A stretch of 64,000 bases of DNA from positions 434,001-498,000 of the forward strand of contig CT868208.1 of NCBI GenBank assembly GCA_000165425.1, read 5' to 3'. The stretch's first letter is position 1. Each line of letters opens with the position of its first letter. This document shows, in pieces, positions 13,901 to 26,558 of this stretch. This stretch comes from Paramecium tetraurelia (Eukaryota). The position numbers and the translations under genes were made by a program. The notes beneath the pieces were generated by a model. That model was not told the DNA's origin. It worked only from the letters and a program-made list of their open reading frames with translations, and did no database searches.

Positions 13901-16247
13901 AACTCTTTCTAATTCTTTGATTTAATTGCATTTAGCAGCAGCTTCGATATATTTATAATAGATATCCTTATCAGATGTTGTGTTAATCAAAGATCCCAAA
14001 AATAGGTAGACTCCTTCAAATGCACTAACAGATTCAAAGACCTTAATGCAAGCTGGGATTGTTAATCTTTAATTATTTTAAACTGCGACATTGACAACAA
14101 CTTATAAATTCTATCTATTGTGTCTTAATAAATCTGAAAGGCATTATAATGTCAATGCAGGGTCAACTCTGGATAAGAAATTGATAAGGAATTCAGGAGG
14201 GAGAGCATGAGTATTAAGAATAACTCTTTTAACATCCTTGGGATCAGAATAATTTTCAAGTGCTCTTTGATAAAGTCCTTTTTATTCACATAATTGGGCA
14301 ACTCTAATTCTATCAAATTGGGTCCAAATGTTCATTGATAAGATGGCATCAGCAACTTATGCAGCAGCCTATAAGTTCAAGCACAAGACCTTAGTTTAGA
14401 GTGGTCCATCTTCTGCTCTATTGTTTTTCATGCATTCAACCAAAAAGGCTGTCATTTCTGGTAATCTCTAGAATTATTCAAATAATTCAGCAATTTGATG
14501 AACATTGATGCTTTGGTCTCTTTGATATAAAGATTTGGCCATAGCCAAGGCTTGTTCTGGAGATTACATCATCATATTTCTCAACATAGCCATGTAATCT
14601 GTCGATACTCCAAATTGTTATTATAATTGCATAGCCAATTCGATCTATCCAGTTTCCATATAGCATTATGCTAATTTCTAATATGATTTGGATAATTTAT
14701 AGATTTGAATAGCTAAATTGACATCATATTTTTTTAAGAGATCTCCTAATTCATCTGATGGTTCTAATTTATTTTATGCAATCCATTATTCAACGAATTG
14801 TTTTCTTCCTTGTTATAAAATTGGTCCACACAATTCAATAGCTTCAAATTTATTTAATGTTCCCTTTTCTAATAATGTTTGGAAATAGACGATGAGTGGT
14901 TATGGTTATCCTGGTTGTTGTTGCATTTATTTGAATTTAGCAATACTTTCTGGGTTTCTAAGAACTGTTCCAGGAGCACTGGCAGCAATTTTAGCAGCAC
15001 TCAAAGCATCTCCAGATAAGATAGCCTTATTGAATTAATCAACAAACATATTATCTGCTCCAGGAAGCTTATATCTACTGGCCAAACGGAATCCCAATTG
15101 AATAACCTCTGGAATATGTCTGCAAGTGTTAATTAAGTAAGACACCAATTAGTCATCATTGACAGATATTGTGTAGACAATACCTTCCTTACCAATAATA
15201 TGATATTATCCTTGATTAATGTTTGGGGCACCTACAAAGACATTCTCGTTGCAGATTCTCTATTGGATTATAAAATATCATATTATACCTCTCTGAATAT
15301 CAAACTGGCAGTGCTTAATTCATAGACAGTCAAAAATGAATATTTGCTTATTACATAGATCAATCCATATCTTTGATTAATGTGCATTAAGACTGGGAAA
15401 TCTGTTGGATAATTTGGATCAGTTTAAACTTCAACTTATCTTTTGTATTTTTAGAATCCATTGGGGGGTACTCCAATTTCTGAGATATGTAATCTGCTTG
15501 TTGTTTCACCAGACTTTCTCTCCACAAAACAGAATAAACTGCTTTTGTAGTCATCTGTGTGAATCAAGGCATCTCCAAAACAGCAACAATGTCCTTCTAA
15601 GATTTATTACCTTGCCTATTCAATCAAAAATAATTGAATGTGACCATTAATTGTTCTACCTCCATCTGGTGTTGAAATACCATATAATGCACACCATTTT
15701 TCATTTCCTTCCAATCCATATCCTATGATTTACACTGGATTCTCTGATGACAATGCTCCAGATCTTGTTTTATTATTATTTAATACGATACCTGTCCATC
15801 ACTTTAACTTGTTGCTCATTAGGATTTGTGATATTGATGTGATATACTGCTGTTGGAGTAACATATGCTAATTTTTATGGGTTGACCCATCTCCAAAACA
15901 CTATAGTCTCATTCAATTCGACATTCTTTATTCTCTATTTCTCATCCAAATTGAAGATTTAGATCACAGTTGAATTTGGCTATTCACCTGCAGCTCTAAG
16001 AGCGATGATATTCTTTTCTGTGGTGCATTAAAGCAGAGTCTGCCTTGTTTGGCTTACGAGAAATCAATTGCTTTGTCTCAAAATTGAATTGCAATAATTG
16101 AGTATCTCCATTCGGGGCTGTCTCTCTGATTGTGATATATTTATCTGATTCGAAGAATATTTAACCAAACTTGAAATTGGTTTGACTAACACCCAATTAA
16201 GAAAATCGGTATGCCTCTTAAACTCTTATTGGTCTTAATGGATTCAT
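10998..16247 (-). CDS. CHC: Clathrin heavy chain (apparent single-base frameshift near 16020)
   Basis: [18 protein letters not shown] / [69 protein letters not shown]. About 1700 codons. Confidence 0.96.
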
Positions 16248-16755
16248 AATAAAATAAAAATTTAAATTCACATCTCCACATCATATCGTATTTGAATTCA
16301 ATAATTAATTAACATAATTTAATAATCATAATAGGAATTACGCAAATATTTTTAATAATCTGTTTACAAGAAGCATTCATTCAAATAGGGATCTAAAACA
16401 CAAATGTCTCATTCTGCATATTAATAATCAAGATTTACGTACTTCACCTTTGGATAGGTATAATTGTAACTTAAATTTTATATGTCTTGTAATATATAAT
16501 CTAAACTGTATTTAGTTAATAAATAATTTTGTTTAAATTGTTTAATTTATCAATTATTATGATGCACACGTATAAAATATACTATTTATATAAAATTTAT
16601 TTAAGTTTCTATAAGATAAACAATAATTATGATGTAATGTTTTTTGATGATATCTTATTTGAGTGAAATAAAAGATTAATGAACTTAATTTTAAGTCATT
16701 TCAATATGATATTGTATGCTCATTATCAAGATTTATGAGCATAATTTTTATTAAT

Positions 16756-18031
16756 ATGAATAAAAGTTTTAAAAGTTACCCTTCCTTTGCTGCCTTCTAG
16801 ATAGAGTAAGCAAAATCAAATAGGTAATTTTGATAAGTATAACAGTTTGAAAAAAGATTACTCTACGTTTATCATAACTCAGTTTATGATTTGACGGATT
16901 TCATAGATAAACATCCTGGAGGAAGAGGTCCTTTAAACACATACAAAGGTAGAGATTTAGAAAATGTATATCATAATGTTTAGATTATAGATATTTTTCA
17001 ATCCAGCAATACATAAACATAGCTAATCAGCATTTAATACATTTGAGAGGTATAAATGTGGAATAATTGAGAACAAACCAATTTAATAATAACAACAATC
17101 CATGTTAGGCTCAAAATCAACAAATGTTTCGCAATCCATTATAACAAATAAGTCTCAAAAAAATACACCTTAAAAAAATGATTCTGATAAAAAACTTCAA
17201 TAAAAATCATAATCTGTTAAACCTAAGGCTCAACAACAAGAAGATAGACTAAATCAATCTATGAGTAAATTAAATCAATCAATGACTAGCAGTGTTAAAT
17301 CTTAATTTTTACTCATACCAACATAATAAGAATTACTGATGATACAAAAACAGAAATAGCAGAAACTAATTAAATAGTGGAAATAATCTGAAGTTGAAGA
17401 GTTAAAAAGACAATAAGCCGAAGTTGAAAAATTAAGAGTTGAAAAAAATGAAGATCGAAAGACTTAAAGTGAAATTTTAGTTTCTACTCGTAAAAAATCT
17501 ACAAACCCTTATTATTCAGCATGGCTTGAAAAACAGCAACAGCAGGAATAATAACAGAAAGAAGAATCCAAGATTTCTAACATTCTACCTGCCTATCTAA
17601 CATAATCTAGTGATTAACAAGTAGAAGATCCAAGATTTCAACCATTTACTTTTGATGCAGAAAAAAAGAGGCAACATGACTCAAAGTTATCTTAATCTGT
17701 CATCGTATAAAAAACTTAGAAGAAAGTTAATCCTTATTACGAAGAATGGAAGAGAAAGTAAAGCTTAAAAAGTTAAGAATCCCAAAAGGAATTAACTTTT
17801 TAAGAGAACAATCAATTATCAAAACAGCAATCTATTATTTTAGAAGAGAATGAATCTTAGATTTCTGGATAGCCTTCTTCCATAAATAATAGTTTCCAAA
17901 GATCATATTCAATGAGTTAGAGAACAATCGTATAAGAAAATCCTTAATTGAGTGTACCTATTTTTGCTCCGAAGTTTATCTCTCCTATCAAGGCCAAATT
18001 CGTAATTAGCTCTAGCATGTAAAAGCTATGA
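16756..18031 (+). CDS. Cytochrome b5-like heme-binding domain protein with long Gln-rich tail
   Basis: VYDLTDFIDKHPGG..YKGRDL..HKHSQSA, with both candidate heme His present. Two introns; no C-terminal TM anchor. Confidence 0.85.
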
Positions 18032-18111
18032 AGTAGATGAATGTGGGTATATAAAATTTTTTTTAACTACTTTTTATAATTTTAAGTTTATAACAATTAA
18101 TATCTAATCCA

Positions 18112-19330
18112 ATGAATAATCCCATTTTTAATACTGCAAGGATATTTTTGCAAAACAAATATCACTTTCCCACTCCCTTGGAATTATTCAAACACCTTAT
18201 CACTAATTCAAGTTATTTTCAGACATTGTCATTGAAAAATGACTCCAATGATGAGCTTTTATATAAACTGATTTTCATTGCAGGATTTCATGAAAGAAGA
18301 AATTGCGGAAGTATTGTTAAGGAATTTTCTTAAAATTGCTTGATTTAAATTAGAGATCGAATAGAGGACATGTCTCTGGATATACCTACTTTAATTTAAG
18401 CTTTTTTATCTATGAGCAATGTTTTGCTAGATGATGAAAAAATTGTTTCAACTATTTTGAAATAATTGAAAGACCAAGAAGATTAAATCACTCTTAAATA
18501 GTTTCATTCTATCTAGCATTGCTTATACAAATTGGGGAGACAGAATAATTATTGGTCATCTAAAGCTTGTGATGCTATGACCAATAATTTAACTACAATT
18601 ATAATCCAAGACTATGTATAATACTTGCATATTGCTAGCAATTTATATTAATTTGGTTTGTTTTAAGAAGAACATCTCATTAAACTTTTGGATATTTTAT
18701 ATTACAAACTTGGAAAATAATAAAAACATATATACTCTTCTAAATTTACATTCTAATTTGCCTAAATGATGTTTAACATCTATCCTGAAATTATCAATTA
18801 ACCATTAAATTAACTCTCTTGTAAGCCGCATACTCCTTTTGAAATGTATTTCTAGTTTCTGAAAAGGGATTATTAAATTTGTAGATAAATCCTTCAAAGA
18901 AAAAACCTTGGAGTTACAATAGATTATTTTGAGAATGAAAATTTTCCATTCCTATTAAGATTAAGATAAGATTCTATTAGTCGAACCTAAACTCTTTTAG
19001 AAACTGAAATTATTGAGATTCTAAACAAATTGTAATTAAAATTCCTTAAATTTTAAAAAGTTCTTATTTATGACGTTGATTTTAAAGTGATGGACAATTA
19101 TGCAATTAATTGTAATGGGCCACTACATTTTATTTCAACTTTGGATGGAAAAATAAAATAAAAATCATTCAACACAATGATGCAATATAGGTATTGTCAT
19201 ACATAAATAAAGACATTTGAAAGCTCTGGAAACTCCAAATGTCATAGATTTTGATTTTTTCGATTGGAAACAAGAAGACTCTATGGAATTCAAAATATCA
19301 AAAATAAAGACACTCTTGAATTTGATTTGA
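18112..19330 (+). CDS. RAP-domain (FASTK-like) helical protein, probably organellar
   Basis: C-terminal YDVDF..AINCNGPLHF..QYRHLKAL..VIDFDFFDW is a RAP-domain pattern. One intron near the 3' end. Confidence 0.7.
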
Positions 19331-19408
19331 TATCAATGAAGAGAATATAAATATACATTTATAAATCAGTATTTAGTTTTATAAAAGTAAAATAACAACG
19401 TGTTTATA

Positions 19409-20223
19409 AAATAATTATTAATTAAATAAATATTTAGATCAAATATAATGTGAATCAAAAGTAATGGAATTATTATGATTGGGATTATGTTGTGATTTAT
19501 TATGATTTGGATGATAATTAGATTGATTAGAGGATTAAAATAATCTGTGAAAATATAGAAAATAAGTTACTTTTAATATGATATTTTAGGTTCAATAGAG
19601 ATTTTGGTAGGAATATATTTGGTTAGAATAGAACTCTTTCTTTATGCATTTAATATTTTTTTTCTGATTAATTCACTAGTGGCAGTTTATTTTTTTGGAA
19701 TAGTTTTATCTGGTATTTTAACAATAATAGATTTTATTGATTTCTTTAATGTAATTTAATGTAAAGGTGTAGGTATTTTAAATGGAGGATGAAAGAAATA
19801 TTAAGCTGAATTAATAAAAGATTATTATTATTATTGTTATTATTATTATTATTATGAACTTTTTATTATTTTACCTGAAAATGTTCTAATCAATCTTCTA
19901 TTTGTTGAAATACTTACTTTTCCATCATCTTCCATTTATAATTTTAATATTGAATAAGATTATTTTAAATCATAATCATTGCTTACAGAAACATTTACCA
20001 TCTTTTTATTCTTTCCTCTATTCATTATTATTTATTTTGGACTACTTTATATACTTAAACTAGATTAACTTCTATATTTCTAAAATAAAACTGGATCCAT
20101 TTATCAACTATTCTTTATTATTTTTTTCTTTATTTATATTTAATCAATTTATTTTTTTATTATCATCCTCCCTATCCAACATCCACTAATCTATCTACTA
20201 CTTTCTATTTCTATTCTCAAAAT
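19409..20223. repeat. Left arm of perfect 815-bp inverted repeat
   Basis: Reverse complement of 24488-25302, checked block by block with no mismatch or indel found. Confidence 0.97.
19439..20100 (-). CDS. Orphan basic Gln-rich protein, copy A (inside inverted repeat)
   Basis: MDPVLFQKYRSQSSLS..polyQ..HPPFKIPTP..; 26-nt intron; ends DSHYI-TGA. Identical to 24611-25272. Confidence 0.7.
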
Positions 20224-20551
20224 TTTTATGTATTCCCATAAGTATATCGGAATATTTAAAGCTCGAAATTACTTTAAATTAAGGGCAATTATATTATTTA
20301 TAATGAATATAATATTTTTATTCTTTACGCTAAATTATTAGGATAATTTATTTATAAACAGTAATAGCAAAATTTTGTTAGTGAGAATATTACTAATATT
20401 ATTAAGAATAGAACTTATAAAGCCATCTTAAAAGGAATAGTAAAAAATCTATTCTCTATTAAGATTTAAATAACGTATTTTATCTTAATAAATATTCGAG
20501 ATTTCATGGTTGATAAATATTTAATATGCTTATATATTTATTTATTCTTGT

Positions 20552-21120
20552 TCATCTGAAGACTTCGTTTAAGTATTTCTTCTCATCAAACAATTTTTCA
20601 ATAGATAATTCTGGAATCTCCACTTCTTCCCATTTACCTTCTCTATCAAAAAGGTAAAATTCATTTTGTTAATTGTTGTAATAAATCATATCGTAGTCAA
20701 CTCGAATAGTGTGCTCAAATAAATTAAATCTAGCACTTTGATTATAATCACCAAAAGTAGCAGGGATAATGTTTTAAGGAACAACCTATCATAATGATTT
20801 AATCAAACATATTTAGTATAAATTCCTGAATGAGCCAAGCATTTCAATTACAATAGATTAGATTCTTTAGTATATTACATTCCAACAACAAAATGTTTGC
20901 CATGATCAAATAAATACCTCTCAAGAAAGATGGGAACTAATTAAAAGTATTCTTTGAAAGGTACATAAGATTATGAAAAATTATTTAATTTTTAATCTAG
21001 CAATGTGTTTATAATAATAATACCTGAAATTGATGACTTATATAAAGGAATCAATGTATTTTGATTAATAGAGGAAATGCTGACTTTATTAATGAAATGA
21101 TATCTGAACAAGGATTTCAT
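20552..21120 (-). CDS. Hypothetical protein, possibly mitochondrial
   Basis: MKSLFRYHF.. basic N-terminus; two tiny introns; ..EFYLFDREGKW..NEVFR-TGA. Confidence 0.7.
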
Positions 21121-21157
21121 TATTTAATATTAATAATATAAATATTTATAATTCTTA

Positions 21158-24098
21158 TCAATACTTTATATTGATTTGGAAATGTAGTCTATTTATTTAT
21201 TATTTTAAGTGTTCTTCCAAAGATCCGCACTCTCCATTTAAAATCTCTTAATAAATATCTAGAGCTTATTAGAGTTACCCAAGCTTTTCATTTGTTTCTG
21301 CTAATTATATTTCAAATTAATTAATTTCCTCAGTAAGCATATCTTAAATCTTAGCCCAGTTTATGGCCTTTTGTAATAATTCTTTAGCTGTTAAATATTC
21401 TTCGATATTATAAAACTCTTTGCTTAAGCGAACCATTAAATTTACTTATCCAGCCTAATTACATACTATAGATTAAATACATCAGTTTTATTCATCTCTT
21501 TCAAGGCTGAATTAGCATCTCTGAACCTTTTACCATCCTTTAAACAATTTAAAGCAATATATCCCCAGACCGTATCATTTGTAGGTTCATAAAGATTAGC
21601 CATTCTTAAGGCATCTTCTGCCTCTTTATACTTTCCGCATTCATGAGAAGATATACCCAATCCCATCCAAGACAATGATGAATTATCCTTAATTTAACAA
21701 GCTTTTGTGAATACTGCTCTAGCATTCCCAAATTATTTTTCATTTATATAAATTGAACCCAACATCAAATACATACTAAAATAAATAATCGGATCCTCTC
21801 TTAGTTAGGGATTTGGTAATACGAATTTAATCTATTTTTCACATTTATCAAAATCTTGACTCTTAAACAATACTTTTATGTATTCAATACGTATATCCAA
21901 GTCTTCAGGATTAAATTCTTTAAATATTATGTGATTATACCTAGCATATTTTCAATTAAATCCAAGCACTGAGCATATTCAGACTTATATAAGTATATCT
22001 TAGCTCTTAACATAGTAATTTTATTATGAGATTGATCATTTAAAAGACTCAATGATTATTCAGCCAACTCAAAAAGGCAAGCATTCTCAAAGAATTCCAC
22101 CAGTTACAATATCATCTGATCCTATTATTATTCAGTCAATTATGGTTAATTATGAGCATTCTCCCAAGCAATTCTTTATTATTCTCTTTGTTCTAAAATT
22201 GCTTTATCTTTTTCAGGTTTATCTGGAACTGGAATAGGAATCTTAATCCAAGGAAGATCAAATAGCTAAGGATCTTCATGATGCATTCCTTCTTATTTAA
22301 TTAGATTCAGTTGTCTAAGCCATATTCTCTCTGCTTTTTGCATCATGAAATCTGCTAATTCTTAATCTTATTATTAAATAATAAGATTGTAAAAAAGATG
22401 ATAAATTAGATTATTTGGATCTTAATCTAATAATAATTCCAAAATAAATTTAGCTTCTGAAATCTTTTCTCTTTTTTAATATAAACCAGCTAATAGTAAT
22501 TAATTTTATTGATTATGACCATCAAAAGATAATGCTTATTCTACAAGTGTTACAGCCTATTCTATTTTTGCACATCTAAGACAGAAGAATGCAAACTTCA
22601 TTAAAGCATCCTGATCTTTTGGGTTAATTATATTTAAATCTCTTAAATGTTTTTCTACCTCTTCAGTTCTATTTAATATCTCATATTCTTAACATAATCT
22701 CTCAAGTTATTGTTTTCTAGTTTCAATTTGTTTTTTCTACTATGATTTCCTAAAATCCAACATCTTAGATAGTTTTTTTCTTTGAAAGTAAATGAGAGAA
22801 ATCCTCTTACAATGCTTCTTTATTCTCTCTCACCATATTAATTAAGACTTATCTCATTTCCTCCATTAAAAACACATAAAGTTCAGAATAAAATTAATCA
22901 CTTTATGTTGTTGAAATGCCTGTTACTGAACCAGACTTATTAAACTTATCTCTACATAACTTTACAATACTCTTTTTTATTCTTTCCTTTAAAATTTTGT
23001 ATTTTCCTGATATATTAAAATCATATAAAAAATGTTCCTTTCTCTATTAAAGAGACTATTTCTTATGTGTCATTAACATATTACTTTATTTTTCATTTTG
23101 ATATTTGTTTAGGTCTTTCGAAAACATATTAGAGTATTCCATAGCTAATGATTCTATTATGACCTAAAGATCACTCCTCAACTCTTCAATACATTACTAA
23201 CTTAATGGGATTGGTCGAGGTTCCGGAGCCAAAGGGATCAAGTCTTAAAAGGTAGGTTATGGTTCAAACCTTACAGGGGTTATTGGTTGAGATAAATTAA
23301 TCTTTAGATACATATACATTGTTTCTATATTAGGCTTTGGTGTTTCTGGAGGAGATTGCTCATCCATATACTAAGTAAACTTTATTCTTTAAATGGTTTC
23401 AGTTTATCCTGGAGTTTAAAATGGCAAATAATCAATCCAGGCTTTAAATACAATGATGTTTAAGTCGTTGATATTTAAAGTCTTTGGTTTAGTTTTTTTA
23501 AGTTTTGCTACTTCTTCATCTCCTGGAATGGGAGATTTATACAAAAATATCCATTCCCCTTAATCAACTCTCACTCTCTCTTATTGTATCACTAGCTTTT
23601 ATCCAGTTAATTCTTAAGAAAACTAATTTTGATCAAACTTAATGCTAGGACTTTTGAATTGATCTTCTTAAGTTTTATAAAATTATTCCTCTTCTGTCAA
23701 AGCATCCCATTCTGCCTTAAGTCTTTATTATTCTTCAAGTTCCATTTATTCTCTGAGAAGCTTCTCTTTCTCCTCCTCTGGTGTTAATTTAGGAGGCTAA
23801 GAGTATTAATTCATATTACTTCAATTTTAGCATCTTTTTTTGGTTGCTTTTTTGCTTTCTTTGCAGCTTCTGCTTCTTCAATTTCTTTTTTCTCCTTCTC
23901 AGTTAGCTCTCTTGGTAATACTTTTCCACCTGACAATCTTTAATCAAGAAATGCAACTGAGTATTAAAATAAATTTGGATTTGACTCATCAGTTACTCTC
24001 CATTCCTCAGGAAACGAAAATACACCATTTAGAACAAAATTCATCTTGATATTTGTTTTTCTTGCTGGCAATCTTTCAAGAAGTTTTAACTCATTCAT
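21158..24098 (-). CDS. CFAP70: CFAP70/TTC18-like TPR axonemal protein
   Basis: FLYDFNISGKYKILKERIKKSIVKLCRDKF resembles the conserved CFAP70 block. C-terminal TPRs (SWMGLGISSHECGKYKEAEDALRMANLYEPTNDTVWGY). Confidence 0.78.
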
Positions 24099-24487
24099 AA
24101 TTATTATTATAAATAAAGAAAAAATTTAAATAAGAAAATTGTTTAATCCTTTATTTGTTATAATCCATACTCAAAGAATTTATTTGCTAAATAATTTGGT
24201 TTAGTAGAATACTACAATTTAGTAAATAAGTAAGTTAGTTTTAATAAAATTTATGAAATGAAAAATGAAAATTTCTATTGTAAATAAAATCTATAATATA
24301 ATAATACATATATATTTTGATTGAAATTAACTCAATAAAATCGAAAGTGGAGGTCTAAAACAAAGACCAAGAGAATAATTTTTGAGATAATCAAAAAAAA
24401 GATGATTATATTAATTTATTTCTACCTCAAAATAATTGAAGTATTTTCTTAATGAAACTTCCTTCAATTATTATCTTAAATTTTTGG

Positions 24488-25302
24488 ATTTTGAGAATAG
24501 AAATAGAAAGTAGTAGATAGATTAGTGGATGTTGGATAGGGAGGATGATAATAAAAAAATAAATTGATTAAATATAAATAAAGAAAAAAATAATAAAGAA
24601 TAGTTGATAAATGGATCCAGTTTTATTTTAGAAATATAGAAGTTAATCTAGTTTAAGTATATAAAGTAGTCCAAAATAAATAATAATGAATAGAGGAAAG
24701 AATAAAAAGATGGTAAATGTTTCTGTAAGCAATGATTATGATTTAAAATAATCTTATTCAATATTAAAATTATAAATGGAAGATGATGGAAAAGTAAGTA
24801 TTTCAACAAATAGAAGATTGATTAGAACATTTTCAGGTAAAATAATAAAAAGTTCATAATAATAATAATAATAACAATAATAATAATAATCTTTTATTAA
24901 TTCAGCTTAATATTTCTTTCATCCTCCATTTAAAATACCTACACCTTTACATTAAATTACATTAAAGAAATCAATAAAATCTATTATTGTTAAAATACCA
25001 GATAAAACTATTCCAAAAAAATAAACTGCCACTAGTGAATTAATCAGAAAAAAAATATTAAATGCATAAAGAAAGAGTTCTATTCTAACCAAATATATTC
25101 CTACCAAAATCTCTATTGAACCTAAAATATCATATTAAAAGTAACTTATTTTCTATATTTTCACAGATTATTTTAATCCTCTAATCAATCTAATTATCAT
25201 CCAAATCATAATAAATCACAACATAATCCCAATCATAATAATTCCATTACTTTTGATTCACATTATATTTGATCTAAATATTTATTTAATTAATAATTAT
25301 TT
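24488..25302. repeat. Right arm of perfect 815-bp inverted repeat
   Basis: Exact reverse complement of 19409-20223. Paired coordinates sum to 44711 at both ends. Confidence 0.97.
24611..25272 (+). CDS. Orphan basic Gln-rich protein, copy B (inside inverted repeat)
   Basis: ATG at 24611, open frame with a (TAA)n poly-Gln, intron 25141-25166 (GTAAC..CAG), TGA at 25270-25272. Confidence 0.7.
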
Positions 25303-25436
25303 ATGTTGAATTTTGATGTTTCTTAAATAATCAGAGATATATATTTATAGTATTAATTATTTCGATTCAGTCCTAATTGAAAATTTACTTTAGGAATTTT
25401 TTAATTACTATACTCTTTTGTAATAAAATAATATTA

Positions 25437-26495
25437 ATGATTATAAATAAATTTTTTTCAGCATTTTCACAACTCATTAGCAAGGCTTCCAATGCAGTCA
25501 AGTAGCCTTAATTAAAACAAAATTTAATTCAACCTGAACCTATGAGATTAAGTAAATACCTGGCTTAAACAAGTGTATGCTCAAGAAGAGAAGCAGAAAA
25601 AATGATAGAATCTGGAATGATATTGGTTGATGGGAAAAAAGTCGAAAGCAATATACCAGTTACTTCTGAAAATAAAATATAAGTATTCACAAAAAATGGA
25701 GAGAAGATGCCAACTAAGCAGTCAACTGTAATCAGCCTTTATTATTAAAGAAAGTTTGGATTTTCTACAAACCTGTTGGCATGATATGCTCTCATAATGA
25801 CCCTTTCAAGAGACCATCATTTTATGATTTTGCAAAACTTAGATTAAAAACAGATTAGCATATTATTTCTGTGGGAAGATTAGATTTTAATTCTGAAGGA
25901 TTGATTGTAGTTACAAACGATGGAGAACTGGCTAGATGCATGGAATTACCTGAAACAAAGTTACAACGTATATATAGAGTCAGAGTTTATGGTACTTTTA
26001 CAGAAGAGAAATTGAAAAAGATAAGAAATGGTATCACAATAGCTGGTGTAAATTATGGTCCATATTGGGTTAACGTTGAGAACAGGTACAAAAGCAATTA
26101 AATTTAGGTAGTCAAGAAACACTTGGTTAATTATGAGATTAGAATAAGGTAAAAATAGAGAAATCAGAAAAGTAATGTAGAAATTTGATTTGAGAGTTAA
26201 TAGACTGATTAGACAAAGTTATGGTCCTTACAAGCTCATGGGTTTGAAACCAGGTGACTTTTATGAAGCTTAAATTGAACCTGAAATAAAGAGAAAACTC
26301 TACCTTCACACTAGGAAAAAGTTATAGAATGTATAGGAATAGATTTAATTGGAATAATCAAAACTTAATATTAAAGCCTTAGATGAGCAAGGCAAGAATG
26401 ATAAGTTGCTTGAGAAATAAGAAAATGATAAAATTGATAAGAAGAATTTAATTGTAAATTAATCTAAGAAAGTTAATTCAAAAAAAACCGTTTGA
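25437..26495 (+). CDS. RsuA/RluB-family pseudouridine synthase with S4 domain
   Basis: MRLSKYLAQTSVCSRREAE (S4), YKPVG, VGRLDFNSEGLIVVTNDGELA (catalytic GRLD), GKNREIRKV. Tiny introns. Confidence 0.92.
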
Positions 26496-26558
26496 TTTTT
26501 TTAATAAATATTTTAGCAATTATAAAGTTAATTTAAATAGTTTAACCCTTATAAGGGA

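Noticed and set aside
11141..15650. Plus-strand ORFs 11141-11365 and 15405-15650
   Set aside because: Antisense to clathrin heavy chain. The same applies to 22052, 23840, 33889, 38880, 47196, 52308, 57385, 58332, 58426, 60132 and 60846 relative to their host genes.
15984..16040. Euplotes-type programmed +1 frameshift in clathrin
   Set aside because: No AAA-TAA/TAG shift site at the break, and TAA/TAG are sense codons here.
24857..24889. (TAA)n microsatellite or run of stop codons
   Set aside because: In frame it encodes poly-Gln under the ciliate code.
19409..25302. Autonomous DNA transposon with long terminal inverted repeats
   Set aside because: No DDE transposase or recombinase ORF inside, the cargo looks like ordinary cellular genes, and there is no convincing target-site duplication. 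A 7-bp TTTATGT near two junctions is plausible by chance in AT-rich DNA.
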